From positions 256,001-320,000 of the forward strand of contig CAWJKT010000004.1 of assembly GCA_963843375.1 (NCBI GenBank): a stretch of 64,000 nt of DNA, given 5' to 3'. The translations under genes were made by a program, and so were the position numbers. Positions 40,581 to 50,553 of this stretch are shown in pieces (positions within the stretch are counted from its first letter, which is position 1; every line of letters starts with the position of its first letter). This stretch comes from an uncultured Pseudomonadota bacterium (GTDB lineage: Bacteria > Oederibacteriota > Muellerivitia > Muellerivitales > Muellerivitaceae). The notes beneath the pieces were generated by a model, which ran no database searches, had not been told where the DNA came from, and saw only the letters and a program-made list of their open reading frames with translations.

Positions 40581-42010
40581 TGAATTTGTCCTGCCCTGAA
40601 TTTACCGGTTTGCTCCCACTCTGGATTGTTTCGGGAGGGGCGATTCTTTTGCTTTTGGCGGAGGTCCTGCTCCATGAGGAGGGCCGGAAAATCGCTCCGG
40701 TCTTAGCTGGAACCCTTCTGGTTCTATCTTTAGGAAGCGTCTTCCATTTGCTTTCCATGAGAGCCATGCCGGGGTGCCTTTTTAACGGATCAGTAGTGGT
40801 GGACTATTATTCACTGACCCTGGAGGGAATCTGTATTTTATCCGCCCTATTGACTTGCGTTTTTTCAGCCTTTTATCTGAAGCAGGAAAAGGCCGTGACG
40901 GGTGAATATTACGCCCTCCTCCTTTTGGCGGTAGCCGGTATGTTCACGCTGGTCTTGGCCGCGGATTTCCTCACCTTTTTTGTGGGTTTGGAACTGATGT
41001 CTCTGGCTGGTTATATCCTCGCGGGATACTTGCGGGTGAAAGAGCGGTCCACCGAAGCGGCGCTGAAATATTTCATGCTGGGGGTCTTCGCCTCGGGGTT
41101 CCTGCTGTACGGCATTGCGGTGCTTTACGGGGTTTCGGGAACCATCCATTTTCCGGATCTGCGGCACTATTTAGAACAAGGGCATAGTTTTTCCGTTTTC
41201 GTGCAATGGGGAGTGGCCCTGCTTTTGGTGGGCCTGGGATTCAAAGTGGCCTTGGTTCCTTTCCACGGCTGGGCACCGGACGTTTATGACGGAGCCCCCG
41301 CCCCCGTTTCCGCTTTCCTTTCCACCGGGGTAAAGGCCGCCGCTTTCGGGGCCTTCACCCGGCTTTTTGCCGAGGCCTTTGGTTTGCCGGGCAATTGGAT
41401 TCCCGTTTTCGCCATTTTGGCGGTTCTCACGATGACCCTGGGCAACCTGGGGGCATTAGGACAATCAAGCGTCAAGCGAATGCTGGCTTATTCCAGCGTG
41501 GCCCATGCGGGTTACCTCATGGTGGGATTGGCTGCGGCGTCAGTAGCGCCAGCCGATGAACTGGAAAGGGCAGTAGCTTTCTATCTCCTGGCTTATACAA
41601 TCATGACCGCGGGTGCTTTTGGCTGGATAGCTTGGGTTTCGGGCAAGGGTGAAAAAGGGACGGGCTTTGAGGACATCCGGGGTTTGGGTCCGCATTACCC
41701 CTGGATGGGAATCCCAATGGCGATTTTTATGTTTTCCCTGGCGGGTATGACGCCTACCGCAGGATTTTTCGGGAAATATTATCTTTTCAAACTGGCAATG
41801 GACCATGGCCTTGCCGGTTTGGTGATTATCGCAATCCTAAATAGTTTTGTGTCGGCTTATTACTACCTGCGGGTGGTGGCCTTTCTTTATATGAAACCTG
41901 TTGAATTAAAAGAACCCGTCCCGGCCCCCGCTTCCTGGGGCCTGCGCCTCACGTTCCTTCTATGCGGCCTCGGAGCGCTGGTTATAGGATTCCTGAAATT
42001 TCCTTTTTAA
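40580..42010 (+). CDS. nuoN: NADH-quinone oxidoreductase subunit N
   Basis: EAALKYF, FKVALVPFHGWAPDVYDGAP and KRMLAYSSVAHAGY motifs. Confidence 0.96.
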   Translation: MNLSCPEFTGLLPLWIVSGGAILLLLAEVLLHEEGRKIAPVLAGTLLVLSLGSVFHLLSMRAMPGCLFNGSVVVDYYSLTLEGICILSALLTCVFSAFYLKQEKAVTGEYYALLLLAVAGMFTLVLAADFLTFFVGLELMSLAGYILAGYLRVKERSTEAALKYFMLGVFASGFLLYGIAVLYGVSGTIHFPDLRHYLEQGHSFSVFVQWGVALLLVGLGFKVALVPFHGWAPDVYDGAPAPVSAFLSTGVKAAAFGAFTRLFAEAFGLPGNWIPVFAILAVLTMTLGNLGALGQSSVKRMLAYSSVAHAGYLMVGLAAASVAPADELERAVAFYLLAYTIMTAGAFGWIAWVSGKGEKGTGFEDIRGLGPHYPWMGIPMAIFMFSLAGMTPTAGFFGKYYLFKLAMDHGLAGLVIIAILNSFVSAYYYLRVVAFLYMKPVELKEPVPAPASWGLRLTFLLCGLGALVIGFLKFPF

Positions 42011-42036
42011 TGGGTTTTGGTTAAGAGGAGGTAGGT

Positions 42037-42336
42037 ATGAAAGTCATCGCCGATCTTTGCGTTGTTCCTATGGGTGTGGGTGTCTCTGTTTCCGAATATG
42101 TGGCCGCCTGCGAGAAGGTTTTGAAGGAAGCCGGCCTTAAGACCCAGCTTCACGCCTATGGCACCAATATCGAGGGAGAATGGGACGCAGTTTTTGCCGC
42201 TATTAAAAAATGCCATGAAGTGGTCCATCAAATGGGGGCCCCTCGAATCTCTACCACCCTGAAATTCGGCACTCGCACCGACCGGGCTCAAACCATGGAA
42301 GAAAAAGTTAAAAGCGTCGAGAAACGCCTGTCCTGA
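42037..42336 (+). CDS. MTH1187/YkoF-like thiamine-binding family protein
   Basis: SVSEYVA..LHAYGTNIEGEWD..H.MG.PRI.T..K..TRTD pattern. Confidence 0.9.
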   Translation: MKVIADLCVVPMGVGVSVSEYVAACEKVLKEAGLKTQLHAYGTNIEGEWDAVFAAIKKCHEVVHQMGAPRISTTLKFGTRTDRAQTMEEKVKSVEKRLS

Positions 42337-42472
42337 ATCTCCTTATTATTCAAAAACTAATACATTCCATAGGTTCTGTCTTATTCCATAACCAAAATCC
42401 CAGAAATAAGATAAAATCATCACGGTCAAGCTTTCTTTGTCGGGAAAGCTTTTATGTCGAGGGGGTGAAGTG

Positions 42473-42934
42473 ATGCGGAGGATTCCAAAAAGTCCTCGGG
42501 GATTTACTTTGATCGAATTAATGATCGTGGTCGCGATCATTGGTATCCTGGCGGCTATTGCCATCCCTCGGTTTGCCCAAATGCTGGAAAAATCCAGGGA
42601 AGGCCAAACGAGAGGCAACCTCAACAGCATTCATTCGGGGGCGGCCATTTATTATGGCGACCAAAGGGGAATTTGGCCCTCGACCTTAAACACCTACTCG
42701 AGCTTCGCCTTCAGCCAATACCTCGATAACGTTGACGGAGTCAAAGTCACTGGCGCTTTTGTCGCCGGAGCCGCCAGCCCGGCAGGGTCGCTCGTTTCAA
42801 TGACAACCCAGGCCTCCGTACCGGTGGCCAGCGGAACCGGTTGGCTTTACGACAGCACGAACGGCGAATTTTACGTGAACAGCACCGTTTCGGATTCCAA
42901 AGGAATTCCCTATTCCTTTTACGGTTTTGAGTAA
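42473..42934 (+). CDS. Type IV pilin / GspG-like pseudopilin
   Basis: RG|FTLIELMIVVAIIGILAAIAIPRF class III signal and helix. Confidence 0.92.
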   Translation: MRRIPKSPRGFTLIELMIVVAIIGILAAIAIPRFAQMLEKSREGQTRGNLNSIHSGAAIYYGDQRGIWPSTLNTYSSFAFSQYLDNVDGVKVTGAFVAGAASPAGSLVSMTTQASVPVASGTGWLYDSTNGEFYVNSTVSDSKGIPYSFYGFE

Positions 42935-43066
42935 CCGGAGCTTATGGGTTTAAGGCTCGGCGATTTCTGAATTTTTTTAAACCATTTGGGCAAGATCCTG
43001 TCTTGAGCTGGGCCTATTGTTTCTTTCTTGTGGAGACCCCCCCAGCTGAACCGCTATGATTGCCCC

Positions 43067-43825
43067 ATGCCCGAATCCTCAGCCCATATCGTAATCGGCA
43101 CCCCCTGTTACGGGGGACAAGTCACCGGTTTTTACGCCCAGTCCCTCGTGTCTTTAAAGGAAGCCTGCCACTATCGTGGAAACGTGGATTTCAGCCTCTG
43201 CATGATTTTGGGAGACGCCCTCATTCCGAGGGCACGGCAAGACATCGTCGCCCGGTTTCTGGCAAATTCTGCAGCCACCCATCTTCTCTTCATCGACGCG
43301 GATATCGGTTTTGAGCCGGGGCAGGTATTTCGGCTGTTGGATTTTGACAGCGATATTGTGGCCGGAGTCTATCCCGTCAAGCGCATCGATTGGAATAAAG
43401 TGGCGGCACTGGCGAAAGCGGGGGTCGCTCGCATTGAAACGGCGTCCCTTTCTTATGTCGTAGGGGTGGAGGATCCTAAAAAAATTCCCTTTAAGAACGG
43501 GTTCGCCCAAGTCCGTTACGCTGGAACCGGCTTCATGATGATCAAGCGCCGGGTTTTGGAAAAGATGAGTGAGCATTACCCCCAACTGCGTTATACCACC
43601 CAGTTCGCCGACAAGGACTCCCTGACGCAAAACCCCCACCGCACCGCGTTGTTCAACTGTATCCTGGACGAGAAAAACAGTTCTTACCTGAGCGAGGACT
43701 TCAGTTTTTGCAAGCGTTGGACCGACATGGGCGGCGAAATATGGGCCGACCTGACCAGCCGCCTCACTCACGTGGGGATGGTGGCTTTTGAAGGGGACAT
43801 GGGAGTCCACATTCCTCAGGCCTAA
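43067..43825 (+). CDS. GT-A fold glycosyltransferase-like protein
   Basis: IGTPCYGG, LIPRAR, HLLFIDADIGF (DxD), GTGFMMIKR and YLSEDFSFC motifs. Confidence 0.75.
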   Translation: MPESSAHIVIGTPCYGGQVTGFYAQSLVSLKEACHYRGNVDFSLCMILGDALIPRARQDIVARFLANSAATHLLFIDADIGFEPGQVFRLLDFDSDIVAGVYPVKRIDWNKVAALAKAGVARIETASLSYVVGVEDPKKIPFKNGFAQVRYAGTGFMMIKRRVLEKMSEHYPQLRYTTQFADKDSLTQNPHRTALFNCILDEKNSSYLSEDFSFCKRWTDMGGEIWADLTSRLTHVGMVAFEGDMGVHIPQA

Positions 43826-43877
43826 GATCCATTGGTTTAGATAAAGCCAAAATACCGTTGGTCCAGTAAATCTTTAT

Positions 43878-44471
43878 CTATTGCTTTGAGAGCGCCAAAG
43901 CTTCCTTTTCTTTTTTCGCTTCCCTTCGTTCGATTTCTCGTTTCATCTGGACCATTAGATCCTCCGTACTCTGCCGGAAAAGATCAGGGGTCACGAAATG
44001 CGGCGTATGGGCGTTTTTCTCCGCTTCCAATTCATAGGTGACGACCGAAGAGGTACCTGAAGGGTCCGACTTGATTTTCCACGATCCCTGGTAAAGCTTG
44101 AAACTTTTTTGGCTGATTTCCTGAAGGGAAAGCCCGCTAAAGGGGTTTTCGTGGACTTTTAAAAGGCCCTTGATCTCCTCGCGAATAAAAAGAAATCCGC
44201 CTCCCACCGTCTGTTGGACCAAAAGATCGTCCCCATCTTGTTGACGGATATGGCAATGCATATTGGAGATGAATCTCGAGAAATGGTCGTAATCGGTCAG
44301 GACCTGCCAGACCACCTGCGGGTCAGCGGTGACGTTAAAGGCGCCCTTGAAGTTATAGTGGTCCTCCTCCTGGCGAAAGGTAAATTGAACCTGGCCATGG
44401 CCAAGTTCGGCTGCCTTAACTGGCATGGACAGAAGCCCGGTTAAGAAAACCGTCATTAAAAATGGACGCAA
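43878..44471 (-). CDS. Exported SRPBCC/polyketide-cyclase family protein
   Basis: VWQVLTDYD....F and F..YQGSW motifs. TTG start at 44471 after AGGAGG gives a signal peptide. Confidence 0.8.
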   Translation of the reverse strand: MRPFLMTVFLTGLLSMPVKAAELGHGQVQFTFRQEEDHYNFKGAFNVTADPQVVWQVLTDYDHFSRFISNMHCHIRQQDGDDLLVQQTVGGGFLFIREEIKGLLKVHENPFSGLSLQEISQKSFKLYQGSWKIKSDPSGTSSVVTYELEAEKNAHTPHFVTPDLFRQSTEDLMVQMKREIERREAKKEKEALALSKQ

Positions 44472-44913
44472 GAAGATACCTCCTTTTTTTATAGAACTTA
44501 TTTTATCAGAATAAAAAGAAGTCCCCGAAACGGAATGAGATGACGTTTTAGGAATGGTCGTTCCGATCACCCCTGTTTTTTGGAACCAAGTGGGAGTTCT
44601 CCAAAATCTCTCAATTCTTTGCGTTAGGACCGGGTAAATTTTAAAAATCGGCAAGTAAAGCCCTTTATACCCGCAAAATAAACGGGCCCATCGGATGAGT
44701 TTGTTAAGCCTAAATTTTGGTGATAAACTCAAGACTCGGTTTCAACTCCTTTACCCCGTTCATTCAGAAAGTTGTTAATCCAGCCTTGAAGGGCGATTCA
44801 TCAAAATGCGGGTCTACCTATCAAATTTCATTGGCGGGGGAAAATCCCTAATTCTCCGTAAAGAGAGTATGGAGGTTTTTACTTTCTCAGTTTTAATGAG
44901 GGCCGTCGGGCGG

Positions 44914-45798
44914 ATGTTGAAAGTATTTCGGATTTCAGCGTTTCTATGGTTTATTGGCTTTGCCGCTGTTCAAGCCCAATTAGTTGTCGGTGAAACTGGC
45001 AACCTTTCTGTCACCTGGGTGAACGGGTCGACGGCCTATAGCGGAGCCACAATTACGGCTACGGTCCCTTCCGACTTCACTTATAACTCCTGCACCGGCG
45101 GCGTCACCTGCTCTGATGTTGGAGGAGTTGTCACTTGGGATATCGGAAACTTATTGCCGGGAGAGGCAGTCACGGTTTTCTATAATTTGACCGTTAGTTC
45201 TTGCGCGACCAATTCGGTCACCATTCAGAGTGTCGTGGGGGCTTCTTCCCCGGCAACGGAATCAAACAACTCTCCCTTGATTTATACTGTCGACTGCCTG
45301 ACCGATACACCGACCGTCACCCCGACGGTTACCTCCACACCGACCATCACTCCTACCGCAACGATCACCTCCACCCCGACTAACACTTCAACCCCCACGA
45401 TCACCTTTACTCCTACAATCACGTTTACTCCGACTAATACCTACACTTTCACGAACACCTTTACGGCCACTTCCACTCCCACAATCACGAATACGTTTAC
45501 GGTAACCCCCACGCCTACTCCTACCTGCGTCACCCATGTTTGGCCAGACCCCTTTAACCCGAAATACGCCGTGTCGGGATTGTTGAACTTGAGCTGTATC
45601 CCGCCGGGGGCAACGGTTTTCTTTTACACCATTTCAGGGGAGTTGGCTAATAGCATGCCGGAAACGGGTGGAATGGTGCAGTGGAACGGACGAAATCGAA
45701 GCGGGGTTCTAATTTCGTCCGGCGTTTACTACTACGTTATTAAGGTGGGCAATCAGACGGAAGGAACCGGCAAGTTTCTGGTGAATCAGGGGTCTTGA
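44914..45798 (+). CDS. Secreted protein: DUF11-like domain + Thr-rich linker + C-terminal FlgD/T9SS-like domain
   Basis: Signal peptide (..AAVQAQ), VTWDIGNL.PG.....Y.LTV, TPT repeats, and WPDPFNP..YTISGEL..WNGRN.SG..SSGVYYYVI..GKFLV. Confidence 0.8.
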   Translation: MLKVFRISAFLWFIGFAAVQAQLVVGETGNLSVTWVNGSTAYSGATITATVPSDFTYNSCTGGVTCSDVGGVVTWDIGNLLPGEAVTVFYNLTVSSCATNSVTIQSVVGASSPATESNNSPLIYTVDCLTDTPTVTPTVTSTPTITPTATITSTPTNTSTPTITFTPTITFTPTNTYTFTNTFTATSTPTITNTFTVTPTPTPTCVTHVWPDPFNPKYAVSGLLNLSCIPPGATVFFYTISGELANSMPETGGMVQWNGRNRSGVLISSGVYYYVIKVGNQTEGTGKFLVNQGS

Positions 45799-45832
45799 GA
45801 GATGAAAGATTAACCTTTTAAAGGAATCCACG

Positions 45833-46735
45833 TTGAAAATAATACTTTGTTTTATCGTAGGGTTCTTTCTTTGCCCGGCCGTTTGGTCTGAGGATGTTAA
45901 GCCCCCTGTTCCGGTTCCGTCCGGGGATGAAAGTTTACCGACGCCGGTGGATTTGAGTTCCTTGACGCCTTTGCCCCCCCAACCGACGGATACGCCTACA
46001 TCGATTCCTCTGACACACAAAGTTCAAATCCCCACCTCCTCCACAAGTTCAGGGCAACCCTCCCCACCGACAGTTTCGGCAAGCTCACCGCAGGCTCCCG
46101 AATTTTCTCCCACGTCTGAACCCAAAACAACGGCCCTGACGGTATCTTCCCTGGCTGAATCGGGGATGACCGGCGCAGCCCCCTCGGCGGGCGCCTTAAC
46201 GGATTACTTCCCAGTGGCCGAGGGAGCCCAAAAGTTTTACGAATATTTGCAGCCAACCATTGAAGAGTCGGCTCGCTTCTCAGTGAAATGCGTCAGCGTC
46301 AAAGTGATGCCCAATGGAACAATCCGCATTGTTCTGGAAACCACGGAGGGTGGGCAGTCAACAAGGGACCACTATTCCCTCTACGACAACAAGGTTGAGC
46401 ACAAGGCCACTGGCGACCAGGCCTTTACCGGAGACTACGCCTTCAAGCTGCCCAAGCCGGGAGGAACGGCTTCATGGTCAGTAACTGAAACAAACGGAAC
46501 GGTTCACAATTCCAAGTCCTCCTTCGGGCAAGCCCAGGTGAGCCAGAAAACCTATCCTGATTGCGTGGTCGTGACCGAAAAAGTGACTAAGGACGGCAAG
46601 CTGGAGAACACGGTTATTTACTATTACGCCAAAGGAATGGGCCTGGTGTCGATGGAGGTTTATTCCCCGGACATGAAACTGTTACAGGACAAATCTTACG
46701 CCCTTCAGCAAGCTAACGAAGGGGCTGCGAAGTAA
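45833..46735 (+). CDS. Hypothetical exported protein with Pro/Ser-rich N-terminal linker
   Basis: Signal peptide, then a DYFP....YPDCVVV..YYAKGMGLV beta-rich domain. No family recognised with certainty. Confidence 0.7.
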   Translation: MKIILCFIVGFFLCPAVWSEDVKPPVPVPSGDESLPTPVDLSSLTPLPPQPTDTPTSIPLTHKVQIPTSSTSSGQPSPPTVSASSPQAPEFSPTSEPKTTALTVSSLAESGMTGAAPSAGALTDYFPVAEGAQKFYEYLQPTIEESARFSVKCVSVKVMPNGTIRIVLETTEGGQSTRDHYSLYDNKVEHKATGDQAFTGDYAFKLPKPGGTASWSVTETNGTVHNSKSSFGQAQVSQKTYPDCVVVTEKVTKDGKLENTVIYYYAKGMGLVSMEVYSPDMKLLQDKSYALQQANEGAAK

Positions 46736-47032
46736 AAAATTTAACGAATTTATGGTATTTTTTATCTTTTGGGCCACCATCAGTTGTGTTTAGGGTTAAC
46801 GGAACAAAAACTTTTCGGTTCGGTTGAATCCTTAATTTATTCACGGAAGTTTTTTATCCTTTAACGCCCTAAAAGGGTTGCGATTGCGGTATTTTTGCGA
46901 GTATCATGCTTCCCCTGGCCTCCATCCAATCAAGGATATTCCCTGATTTACTGAGTTCCGAGGCTTTTGGCGGTTCCCAAGGTTTTTCCAGGCCGCTTTA
47001 TTATTTCAAATTTTTGAGGAGGATAGGTTTCC

Positions 47033-48856
47033 ATGGAAAATGAAATTATCGTAGGTATCGGTGGCGCGGCCGGAGATGGCGGGGCGTCCACAGGGGATAA
47101 CCTGGCTTTGACCAGCGCCCGGCAAGGCCTCCATGTTTATGTTTACACAAGTTACCAATCCCTGATCCGTGGCGGTCATTCCTGGATACGCCTCAGGATA
47201 TCCCACAAGAGTGTCTCAAATGTCGGTGACCAGGTCGGGGCCATGATCGCCCTTAATCAAGATTCAGTGGATCGCCACCTGCAGGAACTGAAATCCGGCG
47301 GTGTTTGCGTTTATAACGGCGACAAAGTGAAACCTGGCAAGGCCCCCGAGGGTGTGCAACTCTGCCCCCTTCCTGTTTTCGAACTGGCGGGTAAGGACGC
47401 CCTTCCGATTATGCAAAATACGGTTGCTCTTGGAGCCTTGACTGGACTTTTGGGACTTGAATTCAACTCGCTCTCTTCTGTCTTTGAACACACTTTTAAG
47501 AAGAAACCCCAAGTCGTGAAAGCCAACATTGACGCCGCCAAAGCGGGGTTCGATTTCGCCATCAAGACTTATAAGAAAGTTCCCAACCCACTTGGAAAGA
47601 CCAGCGCCAAGCTGGCCATGGTGCACGGTAACAATATGCTGGCCCTCGGCGCGGCGAACGCCGGCTGTAAAGTTTATTGCGCCTATCCCATGAGCCCGGC
47701 TTCGGGTGTTCTTCACTGGATGGCAGGCCATGGAAAAGAATTGGGAATTTGTGTTCGCCAAGTGGAAGATGAGATAGGCGTGGCCAACATGACGATCGGT
47801 GCGGGCCAAATGGGAGTGCGCGCTATGTGCGCCACCTCCGGGGGCGGATTTGCCCTCATGACTGAGGCGATCGGCATGGCCTCCATCATGGAAATCCCTG
47901 TTGTCATGATCAACGTCATGCGCGGCGGGCCTTCCACGGGCCTTCCCACCAAACAGGAACAAGGTGACCTGAACCAAGCCATCGGAGCCTCCCAAGGCGA
48001 CTTCCAACGCACGATTATTGCTCCCACCTCCATCGGGGATTGTTACACCACCATGGAAGAGGCTTTCAACCTGGCTGAGAAATTCCAGATGCCAGTTCTC
48101 ATCCTTTCCGACCTCTTGATGAGCGAGGGGCATATGACCCTCGAAACCTCCTTCTTGGACCGCGAATTCAAGATCGACCGAGGGGAAATGATCTTTGAGG
48201 ACGATGGCAAACCCAAGACTTATCTTCGTTATAAAGACACTCCCTCGGGTGTTTCCCCCCGGGCCATCCCCGGTCTTCCGAACCACCTTTACGTATCCGC
48301 CACCGACGAACACGACGAGGACGGCGTTACCATCTCCGACGTTTATACCGATCCCGTTACCCGCAAAAAAGTCGTGGACAAGCGCGAACGCAAAATGCAG
48401 GGCGTCTTGAATTACTTGCCCAAGCCGGTATTGGAAGGGCCGGCGGATGCCGACACCACGATCGTCACTTACGGGTCCACTTATGGAGCCGCTAGCGAGG
48501 CGGTGGAGCGATTGAACAAAGAGGGAGTGAAGTGCAATCACCTCTCGATTAAATTCCTGGTGCCTTTCCAAGAGAAGGAAGTCACCGCTCTTTTGAAGAA
48601 CAAGAAAAACATTATCGTCGTGGAAATGAACAAGTCGGGCCAATTCGCCCGTCATTTGCGCGCCGAAACCGGCATTACCGCCACCGGAAATGTTCGTAAG
48701 TACGATGGAGAGCCCTTTGAGCCCAAGCATATTGTCGCGGGGATCAAAGATATCCTGAAGGGCAAGCACTTGGTCGAAGCCGAATCGCTTGAACCCGGCT
48801 GGCGCACCCCCCATCCACCAGGACCGGGAGTTTTGTCCACCGCATCCACGCATTAA
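47033..48856 (+). CDS. korA: 2-oxoacid:ferredoxin oxidoreductase alpha subunit (fused gamma-alpha)
   Basis: IRGGHS, AYPMSPAS, EDEI, ATSGGGFALM.E, RGGPSTGLPTKQEQGD and VEMN.SGQ motifs. Confidence 0.93.
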   Translation: MENEIIVGIGGAAGDGGASTGDNLALTSARQGLHVYVYTSYQSLIRGGHSWIRLRISHKSVSNVGDQVGAMIALNQDSVDRHLQELKSGGVCVYNGDKVKPGKAPEGVQLCPLPVFELAGKDALPIMQNTVALGALTGLLGLEFNSLSSVFEHTFKKKPQVVKANIDAAKAGFDFAIKTYKKVPNPLGKTSAKLAMVHGNNMLALGAANAGCKVYCAYPMSPASGVLHWMAGHGKELGICVRQVEDEIGVANMTIGAGQMGVRAMCATSGGGFALMTEAIGMASIMEIPVVMINVMRGGPSTGLPTKQEQGDLNQAIGASQGDFQRTIIAPTSIGDCYTTMEEAFNLAEKFQMPVLILSDLLMSEGHMTLETSFLDREFKIDRGEMIFEDDGKPKTYLRYKDTPSGVSPRAIPGLPNHLYVSATDEHDEDGVTISDVYTDPVTRKKVVDKRERKMQGVLNYLPKPVLEGPADADTTIVTYGSTYGAASEAVERLNKEGVKCNHLSIKFLVPFQEKEVTALLKNKKNIIVVEMNKSGQFARHLRAETGITATGNVRKYDGEPFEPKHIVAGIKDILKGKHLVEAESLEPGWRTPHPPGPGVLSTASTH

Positions 48857-48903
48857 TTTTTATTAACCATGCCCCTCCGGGGGCCAACTTTTAGGAGGCA
48901 ATT

Positions 48904-49800
48904 ATGGCGACAGCAGTGGTAGCAGCACCCAGGGACGCAAAACTTTATAAACCGGAAATCCCGCCCGATTGGTGTCCGGGTTGCGGGGATTACGGCGTTT
49001 TGACCGTACTCCAGCGCGCCTGCGGTGAACTGGGAATCCCCAACGAGCAATTGATGGTAGTGTCGGGCATCGGATGCTCCTCCAACCTGCCGGGTTTCTT
49101 TAGGTCTTATGGCATGCATTCCCTGCATGGACGTTCCTTGCCGGTGGCTACCGGGGCGAAAATGGCCAACCACGAGATGACCGTCATCGCCTGCGGGGGA
49201 GACGGAGACGGCTACGGCATCGGCCAAGGTCATTTTATTCATTCCATGCGTCGTAACGTCAACATGACCTATATCGTCATGGACAACGAGATCTACGGCT
49301 TGACCACCGGCCAAACATCCCCGACTTCCGAACCGGGAATGAAGACCAAGTCCACCCCCAACGGAAATCCTGAAGGGCAGTTGAATCCTATTGCCTTGGC
49401 GCTTGCCGGAGGCTGCGGGTTCGTGGCGCGAGGGTTTTCCGGTGATATCAATCACTTGAAGAGTCTTTATACCCAGGCCATCCAATATCCGGGTTTTGCC
49501 CTGATTGACGTGTTCAGCCCCTGCGTCACTTTTAATAAACAGAACACCTTTGGTTGGTTCAAGGAACGTGTTTACAAGCTGGAAGACAAGGGCCATAACC
49601 CTAGCGATTGGAATAAGGCCATGGAACATTCCAAAGAATGGGGCGCCCAGATTCCGATCGGTGTGTTCTATAAAAATCCGGAACCAAAACCCTCCATCGA
49701 CGCGGCAGATCCGGCACTTCAAGGCCAAGGTTTGGCCAAAACGAAGAAGCTGGGTTTAACGGCGGAGCAACGCAAAAAGTTGATTGAAGAATACGTTTAA
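48904..49800 (+). CDS. korB: 2-oxoacid:ferredoxin oxidoreductase beta subunit
   Basis: WCPGCGD, SGIGCS, LHGR, GGDGD, DNEIYGLTTGQ.SPT and SPCVTFN motifs. Confidence 0.94.
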   Translation: MATAVVAAPRDAKLYKPEIPPDWCPGCGDYGVLTVLQRACGELGIPNEQLMVVSGIGCSSNLPGFFRSYGMHSLHGRSLPVATGAKMANHEMTVIACGGDGDGYGIGQGHFIHSMRRNVNMTYIVMDNEIYGLTTGQTSPTSEPGMKTKSTPNGNPEGQLNPIALALAGGCGFVARGFSGDINHLKSLYTQAIQYPGFALIDVFSPCVTFNKQNTFGWFKERVYKLEDKGHNPSDWNKAMEHSKEWGAQIPIGVFYKNPEPKPSIDAADPALQGQGLAKTKKLGLTAEQRKKLIEEYV

Positions 49801-49822
49801 GTTTTAAAGCAACAAGTATGAC

Positions 49823-49862
49823 AAAAGGCCTTTCTTAACAAAGAAGGGCCTTTTCTTTTTTT
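49823..49862 (+). terminator. Rho-independent terminator
   Basis: aaaaggcctttctt-aaca-aagaagggcctttt hairpin plus T tract. Confidence 0.85.
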
Positions 49863-49917
49863 AGCGGGATTGGGTAAAATGCAACGGTTCCAGTAATGAC
49901 CTTTAAGGGGTTCTTTC

Positions 49918-50364
49918 TTGCCTCACGTGATCCTCGATAACTGCATAGGATGCACCCTCTGCGCGGTGAAATGTCCCACCGAAGCTATTGCGGGTGAAAA
50001 GAAATCCATATTTCACATTGATCCGGATCTCTGCATTGACTGTGGCGTCTGCGGCATCCACTGCCCGGTTGAGGCCATCATTAATCCCGAGGGCGAGACT
50101 GTCAAAAAGATCAAGCCCCTCCAAATTCCAAAAGCCAAGGTTGATCCGGTCACTTGCACGGCTTGCGAGTTTTGTGTGGATGTTTGTCCCTTTGATTGTA
50201 TCTCCATGCAACCCCGTACCGACCATCCAGAGTTCTTCAAAATCGCCGTTGTCGACGAGAAAAAGTGTGTCAGTTGCAAGCTTTGCGAGACCGTGTGTAT
50301 AAAGGGGAGCATCACCGTGGACCGCCCGGCGGAATTGATGAGCTACCAGCCCAATCCCCGTTGA
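49918..50364 (+). CDS. Polyferredoxin with four CxxCxxCxxxC motifs
   Basis: CIGCTLCAVKCP, CIDCGVCGIHCP, CTACEFCVDVCP and CVSCKLCETVC. Confidence 0.92.
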   Translation: MPHVILDNCIGCTLCAVKCPTEAIAGEKKSIFHIDPDLCIDCGVCGIHCPVEAIINPEGETVKKIKPLQIPKAKVDPVTCTACEFCVDVCPFDCISMQPRTDHPEFFKIAVVDEKKCVSCKLCETVCIKGSITVDRPAELMSYQPNPR

Positions 50365-50423
50365 CCGGTTATGCTGTTAGAGATGGGTTTTGAATTGGAA
50401 GTTTTGAGTCCAGCGGGATGAGG

Positions 50424-50448
50424 AAACGAACCTGAGGTTCGTTTTTTT
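50424..50448 (+). terminator. Rho-independent terminator
   Basis: aaacgaacc-tga-ggttcgttt hairpin plus T tract. Confidence 0.7.
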
Positions 50449-50553
50449 CGTTTGATGGCCCTTTATGTTTTAGGTCATAGAAGGGGTGTTTGAATCCAAG
50501 TAAAGTCGTGGCCTGTTCGTCCTAAAAATCGTTGAGAAAGCGGGAGGGTTTCC

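Noticed and set aside
44472..44913. N-terminal extensions of ORFs 43878-44732 and 44806-45798
   Set aside because: Downstream starts give proper signal peptides (with a clear RBS at 44471). This stretch is more likely a divergent promoter region.
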